A program made the position numbers and the translations under genes. Positions 7,950 through 18,890 of a stretch of 38,465 nt of DNA are shown here, one piece after another. The stretch covers positions 1-38,465 of the forward strand of contig DASQTR010000023.1 of assembly GCA_035641795.1 (NCBI GenBank), in the 5' to 3' direction. Numbering within the stretch: the first letter of the stretch is position 1; the number at the start of each line of letters is the position of its first letter. Origin of the DNA: Ilumatobacter sp. Lineage in GTDB: Bacteria > Actinomycetota > Acidimicrobiia > Acidimicrobiales > Ilumatobacteraceae. The notes under the pieces were generated by a model that did no database searches, was not told the DNA's origin, and was given only the letters and a program-made list of their open reading frames with translations.

Positions 7950-8330
7950 TCAGAACTCGACGGCGACGGCCGGAACGTCGTAGCACCAGGCCGGGTACGT
8001 CAGACCGATCGCCGGATCGCCGTCCCACACGTACTTCGCACCCATCACATCGCCCACCCGCCGTCGCTCTTGAGGGTCGGTCACGACGCTCGCGCGGCCC
8101 GCTCGCGTCTCGTGTTCGATGCGCACCGTGACCTCCGGATCAGCGACGACATTTTGGTACCAGTCGGCGGTCGGCCCGTTGCCGGAGATGAGGTAGAGCG
8201 TCGACTCCACGACGCCGAACCAGATCTCGATCTCGTGTGGCTGACCCGATCGGCGACCCGTCGTCGTGAGGTAGCAGCACTCGATCTCGGCATGCTCCTG
8301 CAACCACTCGGCGGGGGACTGATCTGTCAC
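7950..8330 (-). CDS. Deazaflavin (F420)-dependent nitroreductase/quinone reductase family protein
   Basis: LTTTGRRSGQPH and DWYQNVVADPEVTVRI motifs of the Ddn/split-barrel family. GTG start overlaps the upstream RidA stop. Confidence 0.85.
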   Translation of the reverse strand: MTDQSPAEWLQEHAEIECCYLTTTGRRSGQPHEIEIWFGVVESTLYLISGNGPTADWYQNVVADPEVTVRIEHETRAGRASVVTDPQERRRVGDVMGAKYVWDGDPAIGLTYPAWCYDVPAVAVEF

Positions 8331-8713
8331 GGCGCCGCCGCCACGACCGCGATCTCGACGCGCCATTCCGGTCGCGCCAGCGCCGACACCGTCACCAACG
8401 TCGACGCCACGCGACGCCCGTCGAGGAACTCGTCCCGTGCGCGCATGACGGGCGACAGCTCCTCCCCCGCCACCACATAGGTCGTCACCGATACGACGTC
8501 GCCGGCCGACATCTGTGCTTCGGACAGGATGGCGGCGATGTTCGACCAGACCTGAGTCGCCTGTCCCGCGAGATCCGACGGCACGGAGCCGTCAGGCGCG
8601 ATGGGCACGACGCCCGCAGTGTGCAGCCAACGCGCCGGCCCCTCGGTGAGCATCGCATGCGCATAGTTCGCCGCAGGCGGAGCGATCGTGGTCGGCCGGA
8701 TCTCGCGGTTCAC
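8327..8713 (-). CDS. RidA/YjgF family protein
   Basis: YAHA, Q..QVWSNI..IL, STLVTVSALARPEWRVEIAVVAA. Start uncertain (GTG 8713 or ATG 8725). Confidence 0.88.
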   Translation of the reverse strand: MNREIRPTTIAPPAANYAHAMLTEGPARWLHTAGVVPIAPDGSVPSDLAGQATQVWSNIAAILSEAQMSAGDVVSVTTYVVAGEELSPVMRARDEFLDGRRVASTLVTVSALARPEWRVEIAVVAAAP

Positions 8714-8800
8714 GCGCGCCAGCATCGCGCGGCAGAGCCGGTGAACGACCACGTGTCGTGCGGGCCATGACCGCGTCGGTGATCGCGCTCGCACATCGCA

Positions 8801-10078
8801 TCAGCTCTCTTGAAGGGCGCGGACTCGTTGTCGGGCGCGTTCGCAGGTGTCGTGCATGACACGTTCTCGCCGGGTGTTCGACCTGATCTGGATCGGCACG
8901 GTCGCGAACAGGTCACCGTCACGTTGTCGAATCGTCAGCAGTCGATCGGGCGCGAGGTGGAGGCTCCACCCACCTTCGTGGACGACGTGATGGTGATGGC
9001 TGCAGATCGGGATCAGATTCGCGAGATCGGTGGGGCCACCGACCTCCCAGGGGACGAGGTGATGGATCTCGCAGCGGTTGAACGGGACGTCGCAGCCGGC
9101 GAAGCCGCACGTGCGGTACATCGCGCGCAGGGCCCGGCGTTGGACCCGGCTGGCGAGGCGCTGGTCGCGGCCGAGGTCGAGCGGAACACCGTCGGCACCG
9201 ACGAAGATCGGCACGAGCACGCCCTGACAGCACAGGCGGCGCACCGTCTCTGGCGGGAGCGGCACGCCGTTGTCGTACTCGCAGACTGAGTCGTCGTGCA
9301 GGCCGTCGGTGAGCGTGGCTACGTCGATCACGACGCTGATCTCGGCCTCGATCGGACGCACCTGCTGATGTCCCCCGATCGCCAGGTTGGCGAGGGCCTG
9401 GGCGGCGAGGTGCTGGCGGTCGGCGGCTCGATCGCCGCCGGCGGCGACCGACGCCTCGACCTCGAGGTCGATCGCCTTGAACAAGGCCGCACCCAGCTCG
9501 GGATGGAACACGCCCGAGATGTGATGCATCCCGTGGACGTCGATGCGCCGCGAGAGGTGGGTTTCGCGACGTTGCCGCTCCGCGCGTTCGATGCCCTGGT
9601 CGTGTTCGATCTTGGTGAGCAGCCGCTTGCAGCGACGCCGGAAGTCTTCCGGTGAAGACGCCTTCGCGTCGGACAGAAGCTCGGCCTCGTGCTCGAGGAA
9701 CGACGTCTTGGTCGCTTCGTCGAGCTTGGCCGTCGCGTTGGCGAGGGCGTCGGCATGCTCTGCTCCGACCGCGCCGGCAGCGAGCGCATCGGCGAACGAG
9801 GGCGCTTCGTCAAGCGCCTTGGAGCGGCGATCCCTCCGGCGCCCCTCCGCGGCCGACACACCTTGCGATCGACTGAGTGCCTCGGCGGCAGGGGCGCCTG
9901 ACCCGGCGGCGTAGAGGCGGTTGATCTGGGCGCTCAACGAGGCCTCGAACGAATCCAGCCAACCGCGCAGCACACGCAAGCGGCTGCCGGCATCGACCGT
10001 TCCGGCGACGTCCAACGCCGTGACATCACACACCATCAGGCCGGCGAGGGCCAGGCTCGGATCGGCGGTGCGTGACAT
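8801..10078 (-). CDS. DUF222 (13E12 repeat family) protein with C-terminal HNH endonuclease
   Basis: Helical N-terminus; PLDLGR.QRLAS..QRRAL; C.F.GC...C.IHH..PW..GGPTDLANLIPICSHHH..VHEGGW HNH motif. Confidence 0.88.
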   Translation of the reverse strand: MSRTADPSLALAGLMVCDVTALDVAGTVDAGSRLRVLRGWLDSFEASLSAQINRLYAAGSGAPAAEALSRSQGVSAAEGRRRDRRSKALDEAPSFADALAAGAVGAEHADALANATAKLDEATKTSFLEHEAELLSDAKASSPEDFRRRCKRLLTKIEHDQGIERAERQRRETHLSRRIDVHGMHHISGVFHPELGAALFKAIDLEVEASVAAGGDRAADRQHLAAQALANLAIGGHQQVRPIEAEISVVIDVATLTDGLHDDSVCEYDNGVPLPPETVRRLCCQGVLVPIFVGADGVPLDLGRDQRLASRVQRRALRAMYRTCGFAGCDVPFNRCEIHHLVPWEVGGPTDLANLIPICSHHHHVVHEGGWSLHLAPDRLLTIRQRDGDLFATVPIQIRSNTRRERVMHDTCERARQRVRALQES

Positions 10079-10090
10079 GGCGTCACTCTA

Positions 10091-10106
10091 TCGAACATAT
10101 GTTCGA
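10091..10106. promoter_or_regulatory. LexA (SOS) box upstream of the HNH gene, inside a 34-bp perfect palindrome (10082-10115)
   Basis: TCGAACATATGTTCGA matches the actinobacterial TCGAAC-N4-GTTCGA consensus; adjacent to a TAGAGT -10 element 6 nt before the ATG. Confidence 0.88.
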
Positions 10107-10227
10107 TAGAGTGACCTCATCCACAAACTGTTCATCGGACTACGGGCCTAAGAGCGCCGCTTCTCAGCCTTGATCCGCGTCTCGCTGGCCCATGATCACC
10201 ACAGCACCCGAGCAGTACGCTTGCGGC

Positions 10228-11046
10228 ATGGCGATGATCGACCACGACGTCCGCACCATCGACGGCATTCCGTTGACGCCCAAGAGCGAGCTGACGATGC
10301 CGCTGCCGCCGACGTTCGACACCGTCGAGGAGGAGCGCGCTCACCGCAAGGCCAAGCTGGCCGGCGCGCTGCGGATCTTCGGCCGGCTCGGATTCGGCGA
10401 GGGCGTCGCCGGCCACATCACGGTGCGCGACCCAGAGTTCCCCGACCTGTTCTGGGTCAACCCCTTCGGCTACAGCTTCCGCCACATCAAGGCGAGCGAC
10501 CTGATCCTGCTCAATCATGCGGGCGAGGTGGTGCATGGCGACTACCACGTCAACCGGGCCGCGTTCGTCCTCCACTCCGCGATCCACGCCGCTCGCCCCG
10601 ACGTCGTCGCCGCCGCCCACTCGCACTCGATCTACGGCAAGGCGTTCAGTTCCCTCGGCATCCCGCTGGCACCGATCACCCAGGACGCCTGCTACTTCTA
10701 CGAAGACCACACGGTCATTGCCGAGCAGGGCGGCGCAGTGGTGTTCGACGTCGACGCCGGCAAGGAGTTCGCCTCCAGGTTCCCGTCGGGCAAGGCGGCG
10801 ATCCACCAGAACCACGGGCTGTTCACGGTCGGTGAGTCGGTCGACGAGGCGGCGTTCTGGTTCATCACGATGGAGCGTTCGTGCCAGGCGCAGCTGGCGG
10901 CGATGGCAGCGGGAACGCCGAAGGAGATCCGGCCCGAGTACGCGAAGTACACGCACGAGCAGATCGGCTACCCACTCGCCGGCTGGTTCTCGTTCCAGCC
11001 GCTCTGGCAGGAGATCTGCCGCACCGACCCAGAGCTGTTCGACTGA
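10228..11046 (+). CDS. Class II aldolase/adducin family protein
   Basis: EGVAGHITVRDP, FWVNP, AFVLHSAIH, HSHS and NHGL metal-binding motifs. Confidence 0.92.
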   Translation: MAMIDHDVRTIDGIPLTPKSELTMPLPPTFDTVEEERAHRKAKLAGALRIFGRLGFGEGVAGHITVRDPEFPDLFWVNPFGYSFRHIKASDLILLNHAGEVVHGDYHVNRAAFVLHSAIHAARPDVVAAAHSHSIYGKAFSSLGIPLAPITQDACYFYEDHTVIAEQGGAVVFDVDAGKEFASRFPSGKAAIHQNHGLFTVGESVDEAAFWFITMERSCQAQLAAMAAGTPKEIRPEYAKYTHEQIGYPLAGWFSFQPLWQEICRTDPELFD

Positions 11047-11054
11047 CGCCGCGC

Positions 11055-11945
11055 GTGACCGCCCGCAGCGGGCGCGTCGAACGAACCCTCGCCACAGCGC
11101 CGCCCGAGGCGCTGTTCCTGCTGTCCGCGATCTCGCAGTACGTCGGTGCCGCGATCGCGATCTCGCTCTTCGACGAGGTCGAGCCGCAGACCGTCGCCTG
11201 GTTCCGTGTGATGGGAGCGTCGATCGCGCTGCTGGCGATCTCGCCGGGCTTCTACCGCGGATGGACGCGCCGCCATCTCGCAGGCGCGGCCGTGTTCGGT
11301 ATCGCCACAGCGCTGATGAACCTGTTCTTCTATCTCGGCATCAATCACATCGATCTCGGCAAGAGCGTGGCGATCGAGTTCCTCGGACCGATCGCCGTCG
11401 CCGCCGCGACCACGCGGACCACTCGCAACGCCGGCGCGCTGGCGCTCGCCGTCGCTGGCGTGGCCACGCTCGGGGGCGTCGAGCTGGCGGACAACGCGAT
11501 CGGCGTGTTCTTCATCCTGCTCTCGTCCGCCATGTGGGCGCTGTACATCGTCGTCGGGTCACGGGTGGCGCAGGTCCGCCCGGGGGTCGCGGGCCTCGCT
11601 GTCGCATTGTCGATCGGGACGATCGCGATTACGCCGGTCGGCGCGCCGACGAGCGGCCCGGTCTGGTCGTCGGCGACGCTGTTGATCCTGTGCTGCCTGA
11701 CCGGCGTGTTCTCGAACGCGATCGGATACGGCATCGACCAGTACGTGTTGCGCCGGATCCCGGTGCGCCGCTTCTCGGTGCTGCTCGCACTGCTGCCGGT
11801 CACGGCCCTCGTCGTGGGATGGGTCGCGCTCGACCAGCAGCCCTCTGCGCTCGACATCGTCGGGATGCTCGCCGTACTCGCCGGGGTGGCGATGCAAGAG
11901 CGCGAGGAGATAACGACCGCGGTAGCCCACCCCGAGCCGAGTTGA
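11055..11945 (+). CDS. EamA/RhtA-like DMT transporter
   Basis: SQYVGAAIA..LF, MNLFFY, AIEFLGP motifs; about 10 TM segments. Confidence 0.88.
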   Translation: MTARSGRVERTLATAPPEALFLLSAISQYVGAAIAISLFDEVEPQTVAWFRVMGASIALLAISPGFYRGWTRRHLAGAAVFGIATALMNLFFYLGINHIDLGKSVAIEFLGPIAVAAATTRTTRNAGALALAVAGVATLGGVELADNAIGVFFILLSSAMWALYIVVGSRVAQVRPGVAGLAVALSIGTIAITPVGAPTSGPVWSSATLLILCCLTGVFSNAIGYGIDQYVLRRIPVRRFSVLLALLPVTALVVGWVALDQQPSALDIVGMLAVLAGVAMQEREEITTAVAHPEPS

Positions 11946-11956
11946 CCGTGCGAGCG

Positions 11957-13144
11957 TCAGAAGGCCGCAGCGATCGACGTTGCGGCTGCGGCGACACCTG
12001 AACCGCTGATCGGCGCGTCGATCGCGATCAGCGCCGCCTCGACGACGCCCAGCACGCCCAAAATGGAGGCGGCGCTGACGTGACCCATGTGGCCGATGCG
12101 GAAGGCGCAGCCGGCAAGGTGCAGCAGCCCGACACCGAGCGTGACGCCGCCACCGTCACGCGCGATGTCCGACAGGCGGGTCGAGTCGACGGCACCAGTG
12201 GTGATCGTGGTGACCGAGTCACCGCGGTGGGCGGGATCGCGGACGAACAGCGACAGCGCGTCGGGAGCGGACCAGGCGTCGACCGCGGCACGCACCGCGG
12301 CGGCGATCGTCGTGTGCCGCTGCCACCGCGCCTCGAGCCCTTCCTCCTCGATCATGCGCAGTGCCTCCCGGAAGCCGAAGATGTGCGACACGGGGGCGGT
12401 GCCGCAGAAGCGGAGGTACTGCGGCCCCTCCTGGAGCCGGAACGTCCAGTCCCAGTACCGAGTGCGCATGTCGGCCGTCTCGTGGGCGACGAGTGCCCGC
12501 GGCCCGGCCCACACGAAGCCGAGCCCCGGCGGCGTCATCAGTCCCTTCTGCGAAGCGGCCAGCGTGACGTCGACGCCCCACGCGTCCATCTCGTAGCACT
12601 CGCACCCCATCGAGGCGATGCAGTCGACCATCAGCAGCGCGGGGTGATCCGCAGCATCGAGCGCCCGCCTCACTGCGGCCACGTCGTTTCGCACCGACGA
12701 CGCGGTGTCGGTCTGCACCATCAGCACCGCCTTGATCGACCGCTCGGGGTCCGCCCGCAGCCGCGCCTCCACTGCATCGGGGTCGATCGCGGCGCCCTCG
12801 TCGGCGATCATCATCTCCACATCGAGGCCGTCGAACGTGGCCATCTCGCCCCAGAGGCCGGCGAACACGCCACACTCGAGTACCAGCAGGCGATCGCCGC
12901 GCGAGAGCGTGTTGGACAACGCCATCGCCCAGGCACCGTGGCCGTTGCTGACGGTGATGAGACCGGGGCTGCTCGTCCGGGCCAGTGCCGGCAGCCGCTC
13001 GTAGATCTCGTCGGTGACGGTCAGCAGCTCGCCGGAATACAGGTCGGGCATCGGCCGGTGCATTGCCGACAGCACTCGATCGGGGACGATCGTGGGCCCC
13101 GGAATGGCGACGATCTCGGGTCCGGCAGCGAGTGAGTAGGGCAC
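11957..13144 (-). CDS. Class V PLP aminotransferase (alanine/serine-glyoxylate type)
   Basis: IPGPT, DTASSV.ND, VDCIAS, ASQKGLMTPPG (PLP lysine), FRIGHMG. Start trimmed to GTG 13144. Confidence 0.9.
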   Translation of the reverse strand: MPYSLAAGPEIVAIPGPTIVPDRVLSAMHRPMPDLYSGELLTVTDEIYERLPALARTSSPGLITVSNGHGAWAMALSNTLSRGDRLLVLECGVFAGLWGEMATFDGLDVEMMIADEGAAIDPDAVEARLRADPERSIKAVLMVQTDTASSVRNDVAAVRRALDAADHPALLMVDCIASMGCECYEMDAWGVDVTLAASQKGLMTPPGLGFVWAGPRALVAHETADMRTRYWDWTFRLQEGPQYLRFCGTAPVSHIFGFREALRMIEEEGLEARWQRHTTIAAAVRAAVDAWSAPDALSLFVRDPAHRGDSVTTITTGAVDSTRLSDIARDGGGVTLGVGLLHLAGCAFRIGHMGHVSAASILGVLGVVEAALIAIDAPISGSGVAAAATSIAAAF

Positions 13145-13216
13145 CGGGCCAGTCTGACATCTCGACATTCGGTGCGGCCCTGGGAACGAGGACATGCTCG
13201 GTACGATCGCAAGCAC

Positions 13217-13843
13217 ATGCTGCGGCCCAACGTCGATCAACGGAAGTCGGCGATTCTCGAGGCCGCCGTGCAAGTCATCATCGACGTCGGGTTCACCGAG
13301 ATGACCGTCGCCGACGTGGCGAAGGTCGCCGGTGTGTCGACCGCCCTCGTGCACTATCACTTCTCGTCCAAGGTCGACCTGATCACCGCCGCCGTGGGCG
13401 TGGCCTGCGAGGAGGACAAGGAGCTGCGGAACTCGATCGCCGACAGCACGGGGTCGGCGGTGCACCGCCTCGACCGCATGCTCTGCGGAAGCCTGCCATC
13501 CGACCCCAGCGACGCCTCCTGGCTGCTCTGGATCGAGACGTGGGGAGAGACGCGCCGCCTGCCGGCGTTGCGCGAGGCGATGGCCGACCTGACCGAGCAC
13601 GAGATCGAAGTGATCCATCGCCTGTTCGGAGAGGGGTCGGCAGCGGGCGAGTTCGAGTGCCCTGATCCCGTGTCGGCGGCGGCGCGGTTGTCGGCGCTGC
13701 GCGACGGGTTGGCGATCCAGCAGACGCTGTTCGGCGCCGGCCAGTCCCCGGAGATCTTCGTCGACGAGTTCCGCGGCGGCATCTGTAACGAGCTCGGCGT
13801 GTCCCGCGCCGACTACGACCGCCTCACCGCGATCAGCGAGTGA
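13217..13843 (+). CDS. TetR family regulator (BetI-like C-terminus)
   Basis: ILEAA..VI...GF...TVADVAKVAGVSTALVHYHFSSK HTH; divergent from the aminotransferase. Confidence 0.9.
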   Translation: MLRPNVDQRKSAILEAAVQVIIDVGFTEMTVADVAKVAGVSTALVHYHFSSKVDLITAAVGVACEEDKELRNSIADSTGSAVHRLDRMLCGSLPSDPSDASWLLWIETWGETRRLPALREAMADLTEHEIEVIHRLFGEGSAAGEFECPDPVSAAARLSALRDGLAIQQTLFGAGQSPEIFVDEFRGGICNELGVSRADYDRLTAISE

Positions 13844-14763
13844 GAGCCGACCGCGCCACTCGAAGCGGAGCGCTGGTGCCGCTGCTCGCGCTCAGCGCGG
13901 GCGCCTTGTGGAGCTTCGGCACGATCCTCGCCCGCATCGCCGACGGTGCGAACGCGTTCCAGTACCTCATCTGGCGCTCGCTCGGAATCATCGCCGTCGT
14001 CGAAGCGTGGGCGCTCGTCAGCGGAAGGCCGCAGAGCACGCTGCGAGCCTTCACGTCGGGTCGTCGCATGATGGCCGCAAACATGGCGTTGCTGCTGGCG
14101 TCGATCGGCTTCGTGTACGCGGTCAAGACCACCACGCCGGCGAACGCCGCCTTCCTCGGCGCGACAGCGCCGTTGTTCGGCGTCGTCGTCGCTCGTGTCT
14201 TCCTCGGCGAGCGAATCGCGCGGCGCACATACCTGACGATGACGATCGCGCTGATCGGGCTGGCGATCATGGTCGCCGGCGAGCTCAACGTCGAGGGCGC
14301 CGGCGAGGACATCCTCGGTGACCTCGCGGCGCTCGCTTCCGCTGCTGGCTTCGCGTTCTACGCGGCGATAGTGCGTTCCGCTCCGGAGCGCGACTGGACG
14401 CCGGTACTTCCGGGCTATGGGGCGCTGATGATCGTCATCTGCGGCGTTGTCACGTTCTCGAACGGCGACACCTTCGTGCCACCAGCCCCCGACATCGCGC
14501 TGGCGGTCGCCCACGGCGCGGTCTTCATCGTCGGCGGCACGCTTATCTTCAACAGGGCATCCCGCAAGATTCCAGCGGCGCAGATGACCGTCTTCGCCCA
14601 GACCGAGCTCGTCCTCGTCCCCGTGTGGGCGTTCCTTCTCCTCTCCGAACGACCGTCGGCGAGCACGCTGATAGGCGGCACGTTGATCGTGCTGGCGGTG
14701 GTCGGCATGGCGTTGCTCGACGTCCGCGACCAAGCCAGGACCGAAGTGCTCACAGCCGTATGA
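13840..14763 (+). CDS. DMT/EamA family transporter
   Basis: Two EamA-like halves, ARVFLGERI and E.VL.PVWAFLLLSERP; GTGA overlap with the TetR stop. Confidence 0.85.
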   Translation: MRADRATRSGALVPLLALSAGALWSFGTILARIADGANAFQYLIWRSLGIIAVVEAWALVSGRPQSTLRAFTSGRRMMAANMALLLASIGFVYAVKTTTPANAAFLGATAPLFGVVVARVFLGERIARRTYLTMTIALIGLAIMVAGELNVEGAGEDILGDLAALASAAGFAFYAAIVRSAPERDWTPVLPGYGALMIVICGVVTFSNGDTFVPPAPDIALAVAHGAVFIVGGTLIFNRASRKIPAAQMTVFAQTELVLVPVWAFLLLSERPSASTLIGGTLIVLAVVGMALLDVRDQARTEVLTAV

Positions 14764-14772
14764 GCCGATAAA

Positions 14773-14873
14773 GCCGGGATCGGTTTGGGTCCTGGCAAGG
14801 CGCGACGAGCCCTCGTTGCCTTCGGGCAACGAGCGGCACGTCGGAACGCAGCCAGGGCACAAACCGGACCGGC
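14773..14873. repeat. ~100-nt imperfect palindromic element (REP/MITE-like or structured RNA)
   Basis: Nested pairs GCCGG/CCGGC, CGGTTTG/CAAACCG, CCTGGC/GCCAGG, CGACG/CGTCG and CTCGTTGCC/GGCAACGAG, closed by a C(TTCG)G tetraloop. Confidence 0.7.
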
Positions 14874-14901
14874 ACGGGGCCACCGATAGCCTCGGCGCAG
14901 C

Positions 14902-16599
<1,698 letters not shown>

Positions 16600-16651
16600 C
16601 GCGCGGCCCGGGCGGGCACAACCGCGCAAGCTCGAAGGCGAGGCCCGGTCG

Positions 16652-17587
16652 TTACGGCTGGTCGATGCCTGGGCAGTCGATCAGCGTCGCGACCGGCGGC
16701 ATCGCGGGTTCGATCGCCGTGATCGGCCCCGCGCCGTAGACCTCGAGGTCATTGCCGTCGCGCGTGTAACCCGTGTCGATCACCTCGTAGCTGACCCCGT
16801 CTCCGCTGAGCTGCGCCTGGTGGAAGGTCAACAGTCGCGCGCCTTCGACGCTGTCGCATCGCAGGCTCTCTGAATGCGTCACCGATGCGCCGACCGGAAA
16901 CGGCGTGCCGCCACCCATCTCCACGAGCGCGCACTCGTCGAGCCGGAACAGCGAGATGATCGCCGTTGACGCACCGGACCCGGTCTTCACGAAGATCGCA
17001 GGACGCAGCCCGCCCGGCCCCGGGTCGGCGTCGGACCCGATGTACGTGCCCCCGAGCACCACGACAACGCCCGGCGCCGGATCGTCGGGGAGCGCGGGGT
17101 CGTCGGGCAGGGTGAGATCGACGCCTTGCCCGCTGGCGAGCTCCACCCGCAGATGCCAGTCGCCGGCCACGGGCGCACCTCCGACGGAGTACGTGCGCAC
17201 GACGTCGGGCGTGCCGTCGGCGTCGACGTCGATCGACTTGCTGGCCGTTTCGACGGCGTCGACCGGCATCGCCGCGAGGGTCGTGCACTCGGCGGCCGGC
17301 GGCGGTGCCGTCGTGGGAACCACGTTCGGCGTAACGGTGATGGGGGCACCCGTCGCCGGTGGCGCGGTGCTCGCCGGTGCGGCGGCGCTCGCCGCCGGCG
17401 CCGCCGCAGTGCCGGTGGTGGGACCGCTGCTCGTGATCGTCGACGTGGAGGTCGTCGACGTGGAGGTGGATGACGTGCTCACGGTGGACAGCGGCGTCGA
17501 CGCGAGCGGGCTCGACAGTTGGTCGTCGCGGTCGCAACCGCTGATCAACACGACCAAGACGGCCGCCGCTGCCGGCACCTTCCGCAC
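16652..17587 (-). CDS. Hypothetical lipoprotein with S/T/P-rich linker
   Basis: MRK, hydrophobic stretch and ISGC lipobox; low-complexity tether; DVDADGTPD (DxDxDG) loop; duplicated LPDDPA. Confidence 0.7.
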   Translation of the reverse strand: MRKVPAAAAVLVVLISGCDRDDQLSSPLASTPLSTVSTSSTSTSTTSTSTITSSGPTTGTAAAPAASAAAPASTAPPATGAPITVTPNVVPTTAPPPAAECTTLAAMPVDAVETASKSIDVDADGTPDVVRTYSVGGAPVAGDWHLRVELASGQGVDLTLPDDPALPDDPAPGVVVVLGGTYIGSDADPGPGGLRPAIFVKTGSGASTAIISLFRLDECALVEMGGGTPFPVGASVTHSESLRCDSVEGARLLTFHQAQLSGDGVSYEVIDTGYTRDGNDLEVYGAGPITAIEPAMPPVATLIDCPGIDQP

Positions 17588-17615
17588 GGCGGCAGTCTTC
17601 CATGACCGCTGAGGG

Positions 17616-18836
17616 TCAGTCGGGCAGCTTGGGCGTCTCGAACCCGACCTTGCGGCCGAGCAGCGATGCCCGCGTCAGGACGCTGCGTCCGAAACGCTCG
17701 CGCAGCGTGTCGAGCGTCGTGTCGAGCGGCGTCTGGTCCTTGCGGCCGAACGGAAGCAGCAGCTGCTCTGGCATTGCCGCCGCCCCGTCGAGCGACATGA
17801 GGTTGCCGACCGAGAGACCGATCAGCGTCAACCCGCGCTGATCGATCGTGTCGAGCTCGGACTGCAGGATGGAGATGGCGACGCCCGCGATCGGGTTGGT
17901 CGCCGCCGTGGGATGGGTCAGCGAGCGCGCCCGCGTGGCGCGACCGAAGTCGTCGTACCTGAAGCGCAACGTCACCGTTCGACCCGCGCGCCCGGCGCTG
18001 CGCATGCGGCGCGTGACACGGTCGACGATCGCGAGCAGCAACGTCTCGATCGATTCCGTCGACTTCGGACCGCGCCGCAACGCCGACTGCGATCCGATCG
18101 AGCCGCGCCGGCGACCGGTCTCGACGACGCGCGGGTCGCGATTGTGCGCGAGCGCGTGCAACTGCCGCCCCGACGCCACGCCCAGCATCGACACCAGCTG
18201 CGGCCGCGCCAGCCGGGCCACCTCCCCAACGGTGTAGAGGCCGCGCGCGTTGAGCTTGCGCTCGGTGACCTCGCCGACACCCCACAGTTTGCCGACCGGC
18301 AGCGGGTGGAGGAACTCGAGCTCGCGTTCGGGCTCGACCAGCAGCAGCCCGTCGGGCTTGGCAACGCCACTCGCCACCTTCGCCAGGAATTTCGTGCGGG
18401 CGACGCCGACGGTGATCGGCAGGCCCACCCGCTCGCGGACTTCCGCCCGCAGCCGGCGGCCGATGTCGATCGGTTCGCCGGCGATCCGCCGGAGGCCGCT
18501 GACGTCGAGAAAGGCCTCGTCGATCGAGAGCCCCTCGACGATCGGCGTGGTGTCGTCGAAGACCTCGAACACCGCCTTGCTGGCCTCGGTGTACGCCTCG
18601 AACCGAGGAGGTACGACGACCAGGTCGGGACACATCTGGCGTGCCCTGAACTCGGGCATCGGCGTGTACACGCCGTAGCGCTTGGCTTCATAGCTGGCGG
18701 CGAGGACGATGCCGCCACCGACGATGACCGGGCGGTTGCGGAGGCGCGGGTCGTCGCGCTGCTCGACCGAGGCGTAGAACGAATCGAGGTCGGCGTGCAG
18801 GATGGTCGCCGCCCCCGTGATCGTGCAGCGCGTCAT
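17616..18836 (-). CDS. dinB: DNA polymerase IV (Y family)
   Basis: ILHADLDSFYASVEQ, ASYEAK..GV, SIDEAFLD, KFLAKVAS..AKPDG motifs. Confidence 0.95.
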   Translation of the reverse strand: MTRCTITGAATILHADLDSFYASVEQRDDPRLRNRPVIVGGGIVLAASYEAKRYGVYTPMPEFRARQMCPDLVVVPPRFEAYTEASKAVFEVFDDTTPIVEGLSIDEAFLDVSGLRRIAGEPIDIGRRLRAEVRERVGLPITVGVARTKFLAKVASGVAKPDGLLLVEPERELEFLHPLPVGKLWGVGEVTERKLNARGLYTVGEVARLARPQLVSMLGVASGRQLHALAHNRDPRVVETGRRRGSIGSQSALRRGPKSTESIETLLLAIVDRVTRRMRSAGRAGRTVTLRFRYDDFGRATRARSLTHPTAATNPIAGVAISILQSELDTIDQRGLTLIGLSVGNLMSLDGAAAMPEQLLLPFGRKDQTPLDTTLDTLRERFGRSVLTRASLLGRKVGFETPKLPD

Positions 18837-18851
18837 CGAACATATGTTCGC
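18836..18851. promoter_or_regulatory. LexA (SOS) box at the dinB start
   Basis: TCGAACATATGTTCGC, 15/16 identical to the box at 10091. Confidence 0.85.
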
Positions 18852-18890
18852 AGGCGGGCGATGTGAACACAAGCCCGTCATACTGAGCGA

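Noticed and set aside
8801-10078. Cas9/IscB-like or group II intron nuclease
   Set aside because: No RuvC or reverse transcriptase motifs and no adjacent array; the architecture is DUF222 plus HNH.
13145-13618. N-terminal extension of the aminotransferase ORF
   Set aside because: It is the antisense shadow of the TetR gene; family similarity begins near IPGPT.
14773-14873. tRNA or SRP RNA
   Set aside because: No cloverleaf or T-loop, and no SRP GNRA/domain IV motif is recognisable.
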